DNA from: the human T2T-CHM13v2.0 reference genome, Homo sapiens
Assembly (NCBI RefSeq): GCF_009914755.1
Contig: NC_060941.1
Length of the DNA stretch: 64,000 bases
Strand: one strand, 5' to 3'
The notes beneath the pieces were generated by a model. That model did not search any database. It saw nothing but the letters and a program-made list of their open reading frames with translations, and was not told where the DNA came from. The position numbers and the translations under genes are program-made. Every line of letters begins with the position of its first letter. Positions within the stretch are counted from its first letter, which is position 1. Shown here in pieces: positions 42,237 to 58,800 of the stretch.

Positions 42237-44389
42237 CATTTATAATTATATGTATACATAATCCATTTTACCTGGTTTTGGGTCTCATAAGAATAACAAA
42301 TAATTTATATTTCAGGAGCCCCACAATGAATTAATATGTAGACAGATGTATTGATTCATTTGTTTCTATTTTATTGTTAAATAGATTTAATTTTATCACA
42401 AATGAACATATAATTTTTACCCTCTTAACCATTTTTAAGTATACAGTTCAGTATTTAGTATATTCATATTGTTGTAAATCCAATTTCCACAACTTTTTCA
42501 TCTTGCAAAAATGAAACTCTGTCCCCATTAAACAACTCCCAATTTCCCCTGCCCCACCCCCTAGTAACCCTGTAGTATCATTCCACTTTCTGTTTCTAGG
42601 AGTTTGCCCATGCAAGATGCTACATATAAATAACATTATACAGTATTTGCCTTTTGTAAATGGCTACATTTCACAATGTAGTCAAGGTTCATCCATGCTG
42701 TAGCACGCATCAGAATTCCTTCCATTTTGAGGATGAATAAGATTTCATTGTATGCCAAGACGTATATCACATTTTGCTTATACAGTCATTCATTGATGGA
42801 CACCTAGGTTGCTTCTACTTTTTGGCTATTGTGAACAATGCTGTTTGAACGTGGGTATAAAACTATCTCTTTTAGACCCTATTTTCAGTTTTACTCGGTA
42901 TGTGTCCAGAAGTGGAATTGCTGGATTATACAGTAATTCTGCTTTTAAGGTTTGAGGAACTGACATACTGTTTTGCATAGCATCTGCACCACTTTAAATC
43001 TCTTCCAACAGTGTACAGGGGTTTCAATTTCTCCACCTCCTTGACATTTGTTATTTTCTTTTTTAAAATATAGTGGCCCTGGTTATTATTTATTCACTAG
43101 ATTATCTTCTTCAGTGTTTGAGTTTTATAAGAATATCAATTCTATTTTTCTATTATCCTTTTATAAATATTTCATATAAATATCTCATCAAATAAGATAA
43201 TTTATTGTTAGTTTTTATTTCAATGCTTTATAGTGAAGGCCACTGAAGATATATAAATGATACATTTTGCGTTGACTCCTTTGTGAATGGCTATCAATAA
43301 AAATTTTTCAATAACTTACTATGTGCCAATCACTCCATAGCGTTCTAAGTAGGCTTTAACATTGCCATGTTAAACTTCTCTGCTTGTGATTTCTATATCT
43401 AACCCAGCTGGCAGCAAGACAGTTTTGTTTTTTCATTGAAATGGCTCTGGCTTTATGTAGACCATTCATTCACTTTCCATGCCACTTCCCTGAAATATTT
43501 GTGGTTCATATTTTCAACTCAAGTAAACATTTTTTTTTCGATACTCTGCTGCATTCCTGATGTCATACACACTATGCAAACGGTCAAAAAATAACTCTGG
43601 TCCTTTTCAGGAGAAATATTTCATTAAAAATAACTTATGAAAACATGACCAAAATATGATAGACTATTCATTTGTCTTTTAATTAGGTAAATGCTTGTCT
43701 TTCTCAAATGTTTCACCTTCTTCTATAATTTTATCATTTTACTTTTTTACCTTGTCTTTTGATTTCTAGGTTATATTCATTTCTACAAGACCACATTTTA
43801 ATTTTTATTTCATTTTCTATACATTTGGCATTCCTATCTGGCAAGCTTCCTGTGTTATTTAGTGGTATACAAGTAATTGCTTCTTTTTCATTTATATTTT
43901 ACTGTCTGTGACATCTTTACAATTAGTTGATAATTTCTGTCATGCATCACAATAACTCATTGCTATAAATGTCCTATTTTTAAAATTTTTCTCAGCTCCT
44001 TTTCTCATTTTTCTTTTAATTCTTCCTGTATTCTATTTTCTGATTCTTGGGTTTTAGGCTTCGAAAATACCTTTATATATCCCTCTGGATTACTTTAGTT
44101 TCACAATTATTCTTTAAATTTTATATAAGCCTTACATACATTTAGTATTTTCTGGCTAATGATATTGTATTTGAAGCTTGAGTATAAATACAAAAAATCT
44201 TTTTTTCCAAGACATTTAATAAAAAGAAATAGTGTTAATGTAGTTAGAGCAGATGACTAGATGAAATGCACGACTTTCCCACCCATGAATAATGGTGCCT
44301 CTTTCACTTTGCCACAAAGGACATGCCTTATACAAAGGATAGTATTTTCTTTACTATCTGCATATGAAGATTTCACAAGCCTTATGCCT

Positions 44390-44790
44390 GTGATAATTAA
44401 TTTTAACGTATTAACTTGTGTGGGCCCAGCGCCCAGATACTTGGTCAAACATTATTCTAGATTTTTCTGTGAATGTTTTTTGGATGAAATTAACATTTAA
44501 ATTGGTAGACTCTGTGTAAAGCAGATGACCTTCCATTCTGTGGGTGTGCCTCATCCAATCAGCTGAAAGTTTTGTCAGAATGAGGACAGAATTCTCCCAA
44601 GCAGGAAGGGATTGTGCCAGCAGACTGCTTCGGACTCAAACAGCAACTGTTTCCTGGGTCTTCAGCCCGCCGGCCTACCCTGCGGTCTTTTAGGCTTTTA
44701 AGGGACTGGCTCACATGATTGTGTGTATCTATATTTATATCTAATCTATATCATCTGCATCACTCATTTCTCTGGAGAACCCTAATATAT
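44390..44790 (+). mobile_element. MLT2-type LTR
   Basis: tgtgataattaatttta...cccagatacttggtcaaacattattct...tctctggagaaccctaa. Confidence 0.7.
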
Positions 44791-45552
44791 GCCCTTAAAG
44801 GTCATTTTATATCAAGCGTTTATTTTTGCCAGACATGATTGTGTTGCACTAATATTTGTCTCCCTTTTCTTAAAATTATGCCTTCATTTTTTTGTTGAAT
44901 ATTACATCTGTGACTTAGCTTTCTAGTGTGAGTGTGTTATTTGTTGTCAAGATGAAAAATACACATACACAATTTAATAAACATTAAAGGAACTGTGGTG
45001 ACCAAAATGCAGATGGATGTGAGAAAGAAGGGCTGTGAGCTGCCACCTCATTAATCCACAATGGCACCATTTTCCTCTCACCTGAACTTTTAGAAACTTT
45101 TTTTCCACCTTACAATTGCTTATGCAATAAACTTCACTCTCACTTAGACTCCATAACTTATCCCAGAAACCTTAATGCCTCTAAGCAGCAACAAATAGAC
45201 TGACAAAGAGATGTGTTACCTTGTTCAGACAACCCGATGATTCTGTGAAAGCACATAATGACCATCTTCACTTTACATAGTTAACCTGAACTGCCAATTA
45301 AATTGAACTGTTCTCATCTGACGTAGTTATTGGCCTAGCTTTTTCCCTGTATTCTTGTACTGGAGACATTTAATATGGTCATCATAAGTGAAGGTAAGTT
45401 ATTTCAAATAAATATACTAATTGGATCAGACTCGATTCTATTTTACTTTTTATATTTCAACTGTGCATGTATACATGCACTATTAATTTGGTTTTAATTA
45501 TAATTTTGATTAATAATTTGAATCTAAACTTATCCCCGTCCCTGATACTTAC

Positions 45553-45642
45553 CCGGCCGGAGCTAGCACAATCTTTGACTGGATTATAGCAATTGACTCC
45601 AAATGACCCTACTGCGTTTGCTTTTTTGCCTCCCATTAATGC
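45553..45642 (-). pseudogene. Collagen relic exon
   Basis: ALM GGK KAN AV GSF GVN CYN PVK DCA SSGR|GTAAGT, also visible in ORF 45457..45648. Confidence 0.72.
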
Positions 45643-46659
45643 TTGCACTCAGTCCAGCGGCCAGAATGTTCCTTTAAAGATACACATTGAATCACATTAC
45701 TCCTCTGCTCACAACCTTCCCATGGCTCTTAATCATATTTCATCTGAAGACTAGAATCGTTAAAATGGCCTGCAAAGTGCATTATGATTCAGTGCTCAGT
45801 ACCTTTCTGACTATTTCTCCTGCTGCTTTTCCACTTTGCTTTCTCCACTGAAGTTATGCTGGCCTCCTTGAAGTTTCCTTCTCAGCTATAGGAGGTTTGT
45901 GCTGTATCCTCCTTCACCTGTAACAGACTCTTGCGGGTATTTCTACAACTCACTCCTCATATCATTTACATCTTCTCTCAAATGTTAACTTCACAGTGAA
46001 GTCTTCCTTCAATATCCTACTTAAAGGTGTACCAAGTTTACCAGCCCAGCAGGAGCTTCTGTCTCCTCTGTGATTTGTTTCCCTCCAAAGCACTTATTGC
46101 CTTCTAATAAATTATACAACTTATTTTACTTTTTCTCTTTGTCTCTTTTTATTGCTTTTTTGGTTCATTTCTTATTGTATCTCTTCCACCAAATAAATTT
46201 TGAATAAAACATTTTTACTAATTTGTCTCATCTCCATAATTTCAGCAAAAACAACAGACCTTCATTCAGCTTAGGAACATAATAAATAGGACGAAGTTGA
46301 ATAAACGAAATGGAGGGGAGTGAAGTATTCCAGATGGAAGAGGCAGTACGTGGCCAAGAGGAAACAGACCATGTGCGCTGGAGAAAAAGGATGGCCAGAC
46401 TTGCAGAAACCTGGAATTGGTGATTGGCTTTAGAAGTGGAGAGACAAAAAAGGAGGCATAGAAAGTGCCAACATTTGGCTACACAGGGAAGAAAGACGTA
46501 AAATAATAAAAACATTGGCATCACCTGTAGACTCAAATCCTGTGAGTGAAGGACCTGAGCAATGAAGGATGGATTGAACTCGTGATTAGCCTTCTTCAGC
46601 ATATGTAAAATGATGTCTGCTTTTCTTCTCTATTTGTCATTTTACCGACTTTTTATATA

Positions 46660-46960
46660 TAGTAGTTTCCCCATATCCATGGAGGATGTATCCCAAGACC
46701 CCCAGAGGATGCTTGAAACCACAGATAATAACAAACTCTATGTATCCTATGATTTTTCCTGTACATCCTTACCTATCATAAAGTGAGTGTATAAACTAGG
46801 CACAGGAGATTAAAAACAATAACTCATAATAAAATAGAACAATTAGTACAACCTAATGAAAGTTATCTGAATGTGATCTCTCTCAAAATATCTTATTGTA
46901 GTGTACCATGGGTAACTGAAATGATAGAAAACAAAATTGCTGATAAAGGGGGATATTGTA
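46660..46960. mobile_element. MER2 (Tigger) element; another fragment at 783-866
   Basis: tagtttccccatatccatggaggatg..ccaagacccccag ... gataaagggggata. Confidence 0.7.
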
Positions 46961-48589
46961 GTAAAATAAAGGGGGATGGGTAGAGCGTAGGAAGCATTCA
47001 CAATTAGAACAGTTGGCAGTAGGGAAAGAAACATACTTTAAATTGGAATGTGGATCACATGGCTGCCTCCTGCCAGTCATGATCGCAGGGTACAGAGGCC
47101 TCTGGTATGTCAGGTCTTCTCTCCCACCACTAATACTGCCCAAAAGACTCCATCAGCAACCAGAGCTGAATCACACACAACCCAGATTGTCATTTCTGAT
47201 GACTTTGACTTAAACAAACAGACATATTTTTAATCTTTTTAGTGTGTGTGAAACTAGCAAGGCCTAATGAATTGAGTATATGGATGAGGTTTGTGGCCTC
47301 TGTAACGTTTTCTCCAACCAGAACCTACTGAAATAGCACAGATGGTGATGAGTATGGTTCAAACACAAGAATTCTTGGGTAAGTGACAAGAATCTCGGTC
47401 TCCTGCCATTTCCATCTCTGCATTTACTTACTGTGTGAATTTGGACGAGTCATGTAATCTTCTGGCTTCAGTGTGTTTATCTCTGTAATTAATATGTTCA
47501 GTAACAGTTCTTCCCTCTGACCTAAAAATAACCACTTCTTCCAAAGGTATATATTAGAACTATATACATATATACTATACAAATATCTAACATTTATATA
47601 CTTAATATATGTAATAAACATACTACACATGTAAATTTAATGATCTACCCTATTCTCAGCCTCTACTTTCCTCTGACAATGACATCATTCAAATACTCTA
47701 AAAAGCTCATATTATAGAATCTTTATATTTAAAAAAGTTTTGTAATGCTCTAAACTTAATTGCATATTGCTAAGTGAAAGAGGCCAGTCTGAAAAAGCTA
47801 TGCACTGTATGATTCCAACTATATGACATTCTGGAAAAGCCAAAACTATAGAGACAGTAAAAGTATCAAAGGCCTTTAGGGGGTTCAGGGAAATGGGTGA
47901 GGAATTAAATAAATGGAGTACAGCACACTTTTAGGGCAGCGAAACTATTGTGTATGGTACTCTAACAGTGGATATGTAACATTACACTTTTATCAAAACC
48001 TATAAGCCCCAAACAGAATGTTGTAAATGTAAACTCTGGACTTCATTTATTTGTAGAGACAGGACTTTAGTTAAAAGTCCATATTGGTTTATTAATGGTA
48101 GCAAATATACCACACGAACGCCAGATGCTAGTAAGAGCAGAAACTGTGTTGGGAGGAGGGAAGATGTATGGGAACTGGACTTTCTGTGCAGTTTCTCTCG
48201 GTAAACCTAAAACTGCTCTAAAATTTTTCTATTGAATTTTTCAATTATTCCAGTTATTCTCTATAAATTAGCATACCTATTGGCCCCCAATTACCTTGCT
48301 AATTTTAGGTTACTTATTTTTATATGGTTCTCGATTTAGTCTCCTTGGGCAAATAGTAAACTGCATGGCTTTTACTCTCTCTGACTTTCTTTTTCTGTCC
48401 TTCACAGAAATTGAAGTTGAAGTATAAGGAGAATTTTTACATCACCCAGGTTCTAATTTGGAAGGTTTCTAACAGCCCTCTGTCCTCTTCTGGTGCTCAC
48501 TGTGAAAGAATTTGCACCCTGCAACACTAAGTGTTTGTGCTAGAATCCACTTCTGATGTTGGCTGCTCTGACACAGCTTCCATTCGGTA

Positions 48590-48985
48590 TTTATGTTGAG
48601 TTCTTTCATTTTATGTTGCTCTAATAGAATACTTTAGACTGTGTAATTTACAAAGAGTGAAGTTTTATTTCTTACAGTTCTGGAGGCTGGGGAGTCCACC
48701 CCAGGTGCTGGCATCTTGTGAGAACCCTCCTGCTGTGTCATTCCATGGCAGAAGGCAAAAGTGCAAGAGAATGCCAGAGAGCAAGAAGGGGAAGAACTCA
48801 GTTTTATAACAAACTCACTCTCAAGATAACTAACCCATTCCTGCTATAGCAACATTCATCCATTCATGAGGGCAGAGCCCACATGACCCAATCACATCTT
48901 ACTTGGCTGCATCTCTCAACACTGTTCCATTAGGAATTAAGTATTTAACACATGACCTTTGGGAGACGCATTCAAACCATAGCAT
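48590..48985 (-). mobile_element. MST/MLT1A-type MaLR LTR
   Basis: cttacagttctggaggctggg...cattcaaaccatagca. Confidence 0.7.
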
Positions 48986-49527
48986 ATGTCCTCTATGCAG
49001 TTGCCTTGTCTAGATGTAGGACACTGAGAATTTACCACCCTTCCAGCATTGACGTGCTCTCTAGGTGGCTCAAGAATTCTTGGCTGTGTCTCCACCAGGC
49101 TTCAAGACCCTCCATTAGCCTGGCTTTTGGACCTCTGTGGTTCCAGCCCTTGCTAGACACGGGTTTCTCTAAGAGATCTGTATTCTCCACAGTCTGTATA
49201 CAGAAAAGATAGTCTCAAATCTCCTCTGATTTAGGGCCCTGATAAAAATTACTTGGTCTTCTACTCTACAACCTCACCATACCCCTTCAGGTTTTGAACC
49301 TGGGAGAGACAGAATATGGAACACTTTCTTAAAAATAAATGCATACTTGACATTAATAAGGGATTTACAATCTATTCACTATGAAATCCTCAGGAACATG
49401 TAGGTTTTTCCAAGAAGTAAAAAACAATTATTTTCATTTAAGTCATATGTCAATTAACAATATTTTTTACACAATTAAAAATCTCATTTTTGTTATGAAA
49501 TGTGAAACACATTTCCTTTGTTTTTGA

Positions 49528-50188
<661 letters not shown>

Positions 50189-50190
50189 GA

Positions 50191-50322
<132 letters not shown>

Positions 50323-53300
50323 TGAAATGTGATTTATTTTATGAGGAACTGTGTGAAATATGAACAAATGAATAAATAAATCTCATATTTTTTATGTTAA
50401 TGGATTTGTGACCAGGCCAAGAAATAAACAGAAGTAGTAAATGAGAGATGTTGGCTTGGACTTATGTGAGTTCCTGTGTGTTTGCTAATTGGTAAAGGAA
50501 ATGGGCCAACACCAACTTGGAATACATTGATGCTGATTTCTAATACTTCATCAGAGGCAAGCGTTTAGGGAAGTGGAGCACACAAAATCAAGGACTTGGT
50601 CAGGGCTCAGCAAGAACTGGGTTTGCTAGATGTCTGCTAGGCAGCTTTCATCCCATTAACCTCTGGGATACTGTGTCCGTGTTGTCCTTCTGGATAAACA
50701 GAGGAATCGACTCTGTAGAGCTACTATCAACAGAGTCTTAGGCCACCTTCAATATTTCCCTTTGATTCCTGTGGGTAACATGAGAGCCAAAATTTCATCC
50801 CAGCCATGCTAATCACCATTGTTTATGAGGTTCTTAGATACCCCGAGGCTTTCCAACATGGCCACTCACAAGATGGAAGCTAAGTAGCACTGAAATGTAC
50901 ATTTAAATCAAAAAATATTAATAGAACATTAGATAAGATTTCAACCACCATAGTAAGTAAAAGCTCACATCTAATCCATTTAGAAAGGTCTCCGGATACA
51001 GTATACAAAATCATTTGTATAAAAATACCTATACGTGCAAAACTCAGTTATATTTCTGTGTATCAACAATTAATAAAAAGAAATGCAAAGAATAAACCTG
51101 GAGGACCTAAACTATCAGATATGGAATGTGTTATTAATTTACAGTAAGTCAGGCAATAAGCACAGGGTAGAAAAACCATCAATGGAATAAAATGGAGTCT
51201 AGAAAAAGATTCAAAAGTAGAGAAAACTTGATTTATGACATATGTGGCACTGCAGTTTACAGAAAAAGCTTAACTTTTAAAAAATTTTGCTGAGTCATTG
51301 ACTATCAGTTTGGAAAAACAGTGTTGTAGCCCTTACCTTACACCACAATTAAAAATTTATCCCAGTTGCATAGATCTAAATGTGAACAGCAAAACAATAA
51401 ATGTTATACAGAAAAACACAGGAAATCACATCATAGTCTTTAGAGGTGGCACACATTTTTAAAACAGAACACAAAAAGCATGATCCACAGGGGGAAAAAA
51501 GAAAACTGGAGTATGTTACAATTGAGCATTTTATTCAGGAGAGCAGTGGGACACAACACAAAGTAAAAGATGTTCACTATGTATATATACAATTTAAGAC
51601 TCACATCTAGAATACACAAAAAGAATGTACCAAAGAACAGAATATGTATAAAGAACTACTATAAATTGAAAAGGGTAAGTCAAGAGATCCAAAAAAAACT
51701 AGCCAAAGGCTTGAATATATATTTTCAAAATTATATATATATACATAGGGACAGTAACACACTAAAAGTGGCTCAGCTTATAAGGAAAATTAACTTAAAC
51801 TTAGTGTCAGTAAATACACACTCTAGTGATTATAATGAAAATAGACCAAAAAAACTAATGTTTTTTTTTTATATAAACTACTGATGAGAGTTTAAGCTGG
51901 CAAAAATTCTTAGGAATTCTGTTTGGCGGTATCTATTACAACTGAAAAAGTGTTCAGAATCAGTAAATCCACTGCAAGTTATGTGCCCAACAGAAAATAG
52001 TACCGATTTTTACCAAGACATGTGCTAGAATGTTAATAGAAGCAGTCATGGTGACGGTCCTACCTGAAAACTGCATAAATGCCCATCCACATTAAAATTT
52101 ATAAATTAATTGTGGCATAGTCACATAATGACACTTCCAGAAAAATGTGGAAGAATCCTACAAACATACTGCTAAATCAAAGCATCCAGACACCAAATAG
52201 TACATATTGCTATATTTAAAAACTGGCAAAACAAGTCAATGCTGTTAGGATTTAGGATAAGGTTATCTTCAGGAAAGGAACGGCAGGTAGAGACTAGAGA
52301 GGAGTACTAGAGAGACTTGTGGTGCAGATAATGTTCTGTTTCTCAGCCTGGGATCCTGCTAACCAGGCATGCTCAATTTGAAGAAATTCATCAACATATT
52401 TGCATTTATGATATGGACACTTAGAATCTTGAATATATTATCTGAATGAAAATTTTTTAAATAATCGATTGAAGGAGGAAACTGAATGATGACTAAGAAG
52501 AAAGGGACATGAAATTTGATACACATAAGTAGTTGAATAAGTTATCAATGTACAGAGTAATGCAGGAATAATAAAATAATTCCTCCAGTAAACAGACTTT
52601 TACAAATTTTACCAAGCAGTGTAGTATTTCCAGACCAAAAGAGAAAGAAGGAAATGATTCATGACATACAATTTGAATCTTTGTTATTTTTGGCACAACC
52701 CTGTGGAAAGCAAATGGACTTTCAAGAAGAGTTATGTTGTTTTGAATCTTCACTACCAAAAATTCCCAGAGAGGATAGTGCTTGCACAAACACGTTCACT
52801 GTAAAATGTACTTTTCATAGCAAACACCTGAAAGTAACTGAAAGGTCTCAGTGCAGGATACGGTAAAGCCAGTTGAGACTGGTTAGGGGAGCTGATAATG
52901 CTCACCTCTTCACAAGTTCACAGTCAGGGACATCATGTTGGCTGCCTTCATCTTTGAAATGCTGGTGGTTTAACATTTACAAACTGGGTGAAAGGAAATA
53001 GATATTTTTCTACCATATATTGGCAATATTAAAGAGCAATTAAGTTTAAGAGACTTTATACTATTCTGCTGAAAGTGCTTCATTACAGTTTTTTTATATT
53101 GCCATTCAATTACACATATATATGATTTAAAATGATACATGGGGGGAAAACTAAAGGAAATGCAGTATATTAATCTCAGAAGCTATGATTTCATAACTTT
53201 TAGGCTATCCTATAGTTTTAAATTATTTACAAAAGCCTATTATAAAATTTTAAAAGACAGTAAAATGCATTAAGCTTTTAAATTCATTCAGAATGGCTAC

Positions 53301-54209
53301 AAATAATGAGTCTTTAAAAATTTGTATTTATTATGAAACGAATAAAACCTAGTGACTCCAATGCTTATATCAGCTAAAGCTTGCTGCTGTCAATGTGTCT
53401 TCATTTTTAAAGTCCTAATTTACTATATTGTTTGAAATAGCGTTAAGATATATGTTTCATTTGGAACACTTAGTTTTTCTTAAAAGAAAGACAATTAGTA
53501 CAAAAGGGATTAACATCCACATAGTTACAAAATTCAAATAATACGGGTAAAATGGTACACTCTATTAGAGGATTCAACCCATTAATTACAAAAGTCTGTG
53601 AACATTGTTGTAGGACTCCAATATGTATAGCATTACCCTTTAAGACTTGTATTTCAAATGTAACTTAAAACTACCATACAAAAATTAAAAGCACAGAAAC
53701 CCACGAGAGCCATAACACAATAGCCAAGTAAGCAACCAAGTATTACATATTGTTTTATTTGTGGACGAATATGTATTAATTGCAATCATATGAGCTTCAT
53801 GTTTTCAGTATAAGACATCATATGTTGTAAAATCCAGGTAATCACAGGGTTAATTGGATAAAATATGGGATTTGTTTATCTGCTACTTAAGACATAATCT
53901 TTTGGCTTACTTTGTGAGTCACACTCTAAACATTTGGTTTTAACATGTGATGTAATAAATTTTAATAGGGCTCCCTTTTGAAAGGGGAAGAGCTCTGTAT
54001 GCGCAGGAAAATGTGTCTGTTGATGCAGTGAAATGAAGTTATTTTAATGTATTCCTTTTTACAGCTATGTAGGCAATTGTTAATTATATTTCTACCAGCA
54101 AAACAAAACTATATATGTGTTTGTGAGAATGTGTGTATCCCTGTGTGAGAGAGAGAAAGAAATAGGGATGGAAGAGAACACTAAGTCTAATGCATTACAA
54201 TTCAGTTAA

Positions 54210-54544
<335 letters not shown>

Positions 54545-54889
54545 CTATATGTATATATATACACATATATATGTATATATCATTTATAGATATATATAAT
54601 TTAAGATATTGCAGAGTGTGTGTGTTGGGGCGGGGAATGACCTCTGAAAACAGGCTACAGGGGGCATCGTGTGGTTGGGCACGGACCCCGAGGTGCGAGG
54701 GGACCCTGAGCTCCCAAGGCTGAGGGTCAGAGGCAGGGCCTGGGAGCCCCAGGGAAGCCTCCACAGCCAGCCACAGACACAGTAAGCGTCCTTGTTCACG
54801 ACACAGGGCACACAGTGCTCGGTGAGCCGGGTCAGGATCAGATGCTGGTGGTCTCTGCCCAGTGCGGGTCTCGCTTCCTGACGCAGGTG

Positions 54890-55515
54890 CGCCTTGGGCT
54901 CCCACAGGAAGCGGTCACATCCAGACTCACCAGGCCTGAGATGTTGGAAGATGGAGAAGCCTTTGCCACAGGAAAAATCCTCCATGAACACAATGAAACT
55001 TGGCCTGCACCTGGGACATCCTTCTCCACGGCTAGTCTACAATGCAGGTGCTCTGCACACGCTCCCTGGCTGACCCCAACGCAGAGAAGATGCACGTGAG
55101 CCCACCCCCACAGCAGGCGTGGACATTTGCCTCCCTTTTATAATAGCTGTATTCAAATGAGGTATCCTGGAAGCCTCGTTCTGATAGGATGAGAGCAGAC
55201 TCTGTACTACAACACGGATTGGATAATAGTCTCCAACTCTGATTGGTTAAGATTGTGCAATCAGAGATGGAAATTATTATCCAATAAGAGTTGTCAAAAA
55301 GGTTCCTTGCGCAGTGGTCGTCATAGTTCAGAAGCGACCGGGAGCGTGTGTGGTGCGCGCCTGCCTTGAGGCCAGGCCTCAGAGAAGGGTGTCCCAGATG
55401 TAGGCAAAGCGTCCTCCATGTGTTCCTGGAGGACCGTCCCAAGTCCTTCTCCATTCTCCCAACCTCTTGGGCCTGGTAAGTCTGGATGCGAGCGCATCCC
55501 ACGGGGCCGAGGCAC
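54890..55515. promoter_or_regulatory. Palindromic bidirectional promoter with mirrored first exons (probable lncRNA starts)
   Basis: 28-bp inverted repeat carrying CCAAT boxes (55218-55245 / 55258-55285). TATAAAA on the minus strand at 55136-55142. Homologous arms end in donors GCCTG|GTGAGT (minus, 54931) and GCCTG|GTAAGT (plus, 55475). Confidence 0.7.
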
Positions 55516-56344
55516 AGGGAGAGAGGAACGGGGCAGAGGGAGGAAAGCGTGTGCAGGGGCCCGGAGCGCCAGGCTGCCAGGGCTTCACCCCATGGCCACC
55601 GGGGAGCTGTGGCCCCACTCGGCCCAAGGCAGAGTCCGGCCCTCCTGCTGCTGGCACTGTCACCTCCCTGGGGTCCTGCCTTCTGGGTCCCTGTGGGCCT
55701 CCTGTCATCTGGCACTGGAAATAAGCTAGCGAAGCAAAATTTCGTGAATATTGGCCTTTGCATCTTTTTCTTCATTTTCAGTGCTGGTTTTTCTGTTGGG
55801 TCATTTATGTTCTTACATTGATTTGAATAATTTTAAAATGTATTTTATAAATTAATTCTTCATGGGCTCATTTCTAGTGTAGATAGTTGTTTCCTAGTCT
55901 GGTCATTGTTCTTTAATTGTATTTTGCATTTCTTTCTTGCTGATACATAGGAATCTGATTGATTTTATGTATTCATCTTGCATCCTGTAGCCTGGCTTAA
56001 TTCACATATTCATAACCATCATTTTTGGATTGTGGTGTATTTTTCATGTACATAATAGTGTCAGCCACATACAATAACAGCTGTATTGCTTAAATGTTGG
56101 TTCTTATACCTTTATTTTTGTTTTATTGTCCCAATTACACCTCCAGCACTGTGTGAAATAGAGGGGGTATGTCCAGGAAGTCTTGCTTGGTTCTGATTAC
56201 AGTGGAAAAGCTTCAGTGGTCCTGTGTTGTAATTTCATTTTAGACAAGCTTAATCAGATTAAGGAAGCTGCCTTCCTTTGCATTTGCTAAGAGTTATGAC
56301 TAATTGTTGAATTTGAATAAATGCTTTTTTTACATATATTCTGA

Positions 56345-56974
<630 letters not shown>

Positions 56975-57257
56975 TTAAATGTTTGGAATATTTCTTTAGT
57001 CTGGGCATGGAATTTTACTTGTGGAACATTATTTGTTAGCTGTTTTGTTGTTGTTGTTGTTTTAACAATTCAAATCCTTTAGTATATATGGTAGTTTTCT
57101 GGTTTTACGTTATTTCTGTGTCCAGTTTTGTAAGTGTATTTTTCAATGTGTGTAATTTCATCTCTCTTGTCAAGCTTGCAGTCCTAAGTATTTCTCAGAA
57201 TTTTCGTAGTATCTTGATACACTGCTCTGTAGAGCAGGCCTCTGTTTTCATTCCTGA

Positions 57258-57560
<303 letters not shown>

Positions 57561-57729
57561 TGATGTCTGCTCTTTATTATTACTTTCATTCTGCATTGTT
57601 TCGTTCTAATCTTTTTTAGTTCTTGAAAGGTTTATGTGATTGATTTTCAATATTTTTTCTATTCTAACACATTCCCTTAACGTGTGTCCTGTTTCTCTCT
57701 AAGCGGGGATTTATCTGGCAGGCCACAAT

Positions 57730-58800
57730 TTCCCATAGGTGTTTCCAGACCCTGTGTCTGCAGCCGCGTTGGCCTCCCACTGTCTCCACCCTGTATGCCT
57801 GCAGCCATGTCAGGCTTTGTGTGTCTCCCTCCTTGTGCCTGAAGCCTGTATCTTCTCTCCAGTATCACCATCCCATAATGACTGAAGCCCATGTCTGCCC
57901 TTGTGTGTTGTCACCTGGTCTGTCCTCTGCCTGCAGTTTATGCCAGCTGTCAAGTCTCCATTTCTTGCACCTGCAGCCCATGCCAGCCGTGTGAGTCTCC
58001 ATCCTGTGTGCTTCCAACACATTACTTGCTTTGAGTGTTGCGGTCTCCTTAGCCTTCAGGCAGTAGCAGTCCTCCAGTGCCTCAATCCCTGTGCTTGCAG
58101 CCCATTCTGATATTTTCGTCTGTCTGTCCCCTGAGCTTCGGCCCATGCCAGCTTATGTTTGCTGCATTCTCTGTCCCTCTAATCCATGTCCACAGTGTTT
58201 TCATTCATGCTTTTCAGTCGTGTCTGCACTCGTGTGTCTCCTTCTGTGCCTTTAGTCCATTTCTGTCCTTTTTCTGGATCATTTCTCCCAGGAGACTATG
58301 CCCAAAACTCCTATCCCCAGTGCTTGTACCTGCAGCCAGTCTCTTTCGTTGGGTATCTCTGTCTGTTGTTACTGCAGCAGAGGCCTGTCATTGAGTGTGC
58401 CTGCTTCCCATGCCTGTCTTCCTGTGTCTCCAGCCCTTGTCCATGCAGCCCACATTAGGACTCTTGTGACTCCACCCTTCAGCTTACAGCCACATCTACC
58501 TTCGGGTGTCTTTATCTCTGTGCTTCCTGCCCACGCCAGCCTTCACCTACTCCTCTGTCCTGCCCCTGTACCCATGTCTGTCCCTGCTGTGCCTCTCTGC
58601 CATGCATCTGTAGTCAGTGAGCTCCCTTTGTATCTGGATCCCCCGTGACTGTAGCCCAGGTCTTCTCTCCTGTGCCTGCAACTCATGTCTGCCCTTGAAT
58701 GTCCCCATCCTCTGTGCTTGTCGCCCATCAGCAGGGCCTAACGTGTTTCCACTCTCAGTGCCTGCACCCATGTCTGCCTCCAGGGTCTCCACTCATGGTG
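57730..58800. repeat. Degenerate ~40-bp tandem repeat
   Basis: Recurring CCTGCAGCCCATGTCTGCC-like motif (for example 57798, 57838, 57881, 57930, 57970, 58329, 58675, 58761). Confidence 0.7.

Noticed and set aside
55032-55775. 247-aa minus-strand ORF
   Set aside because: No recognisable homology; crosses a GC-rich promoter palindrome and is probably open by chance.
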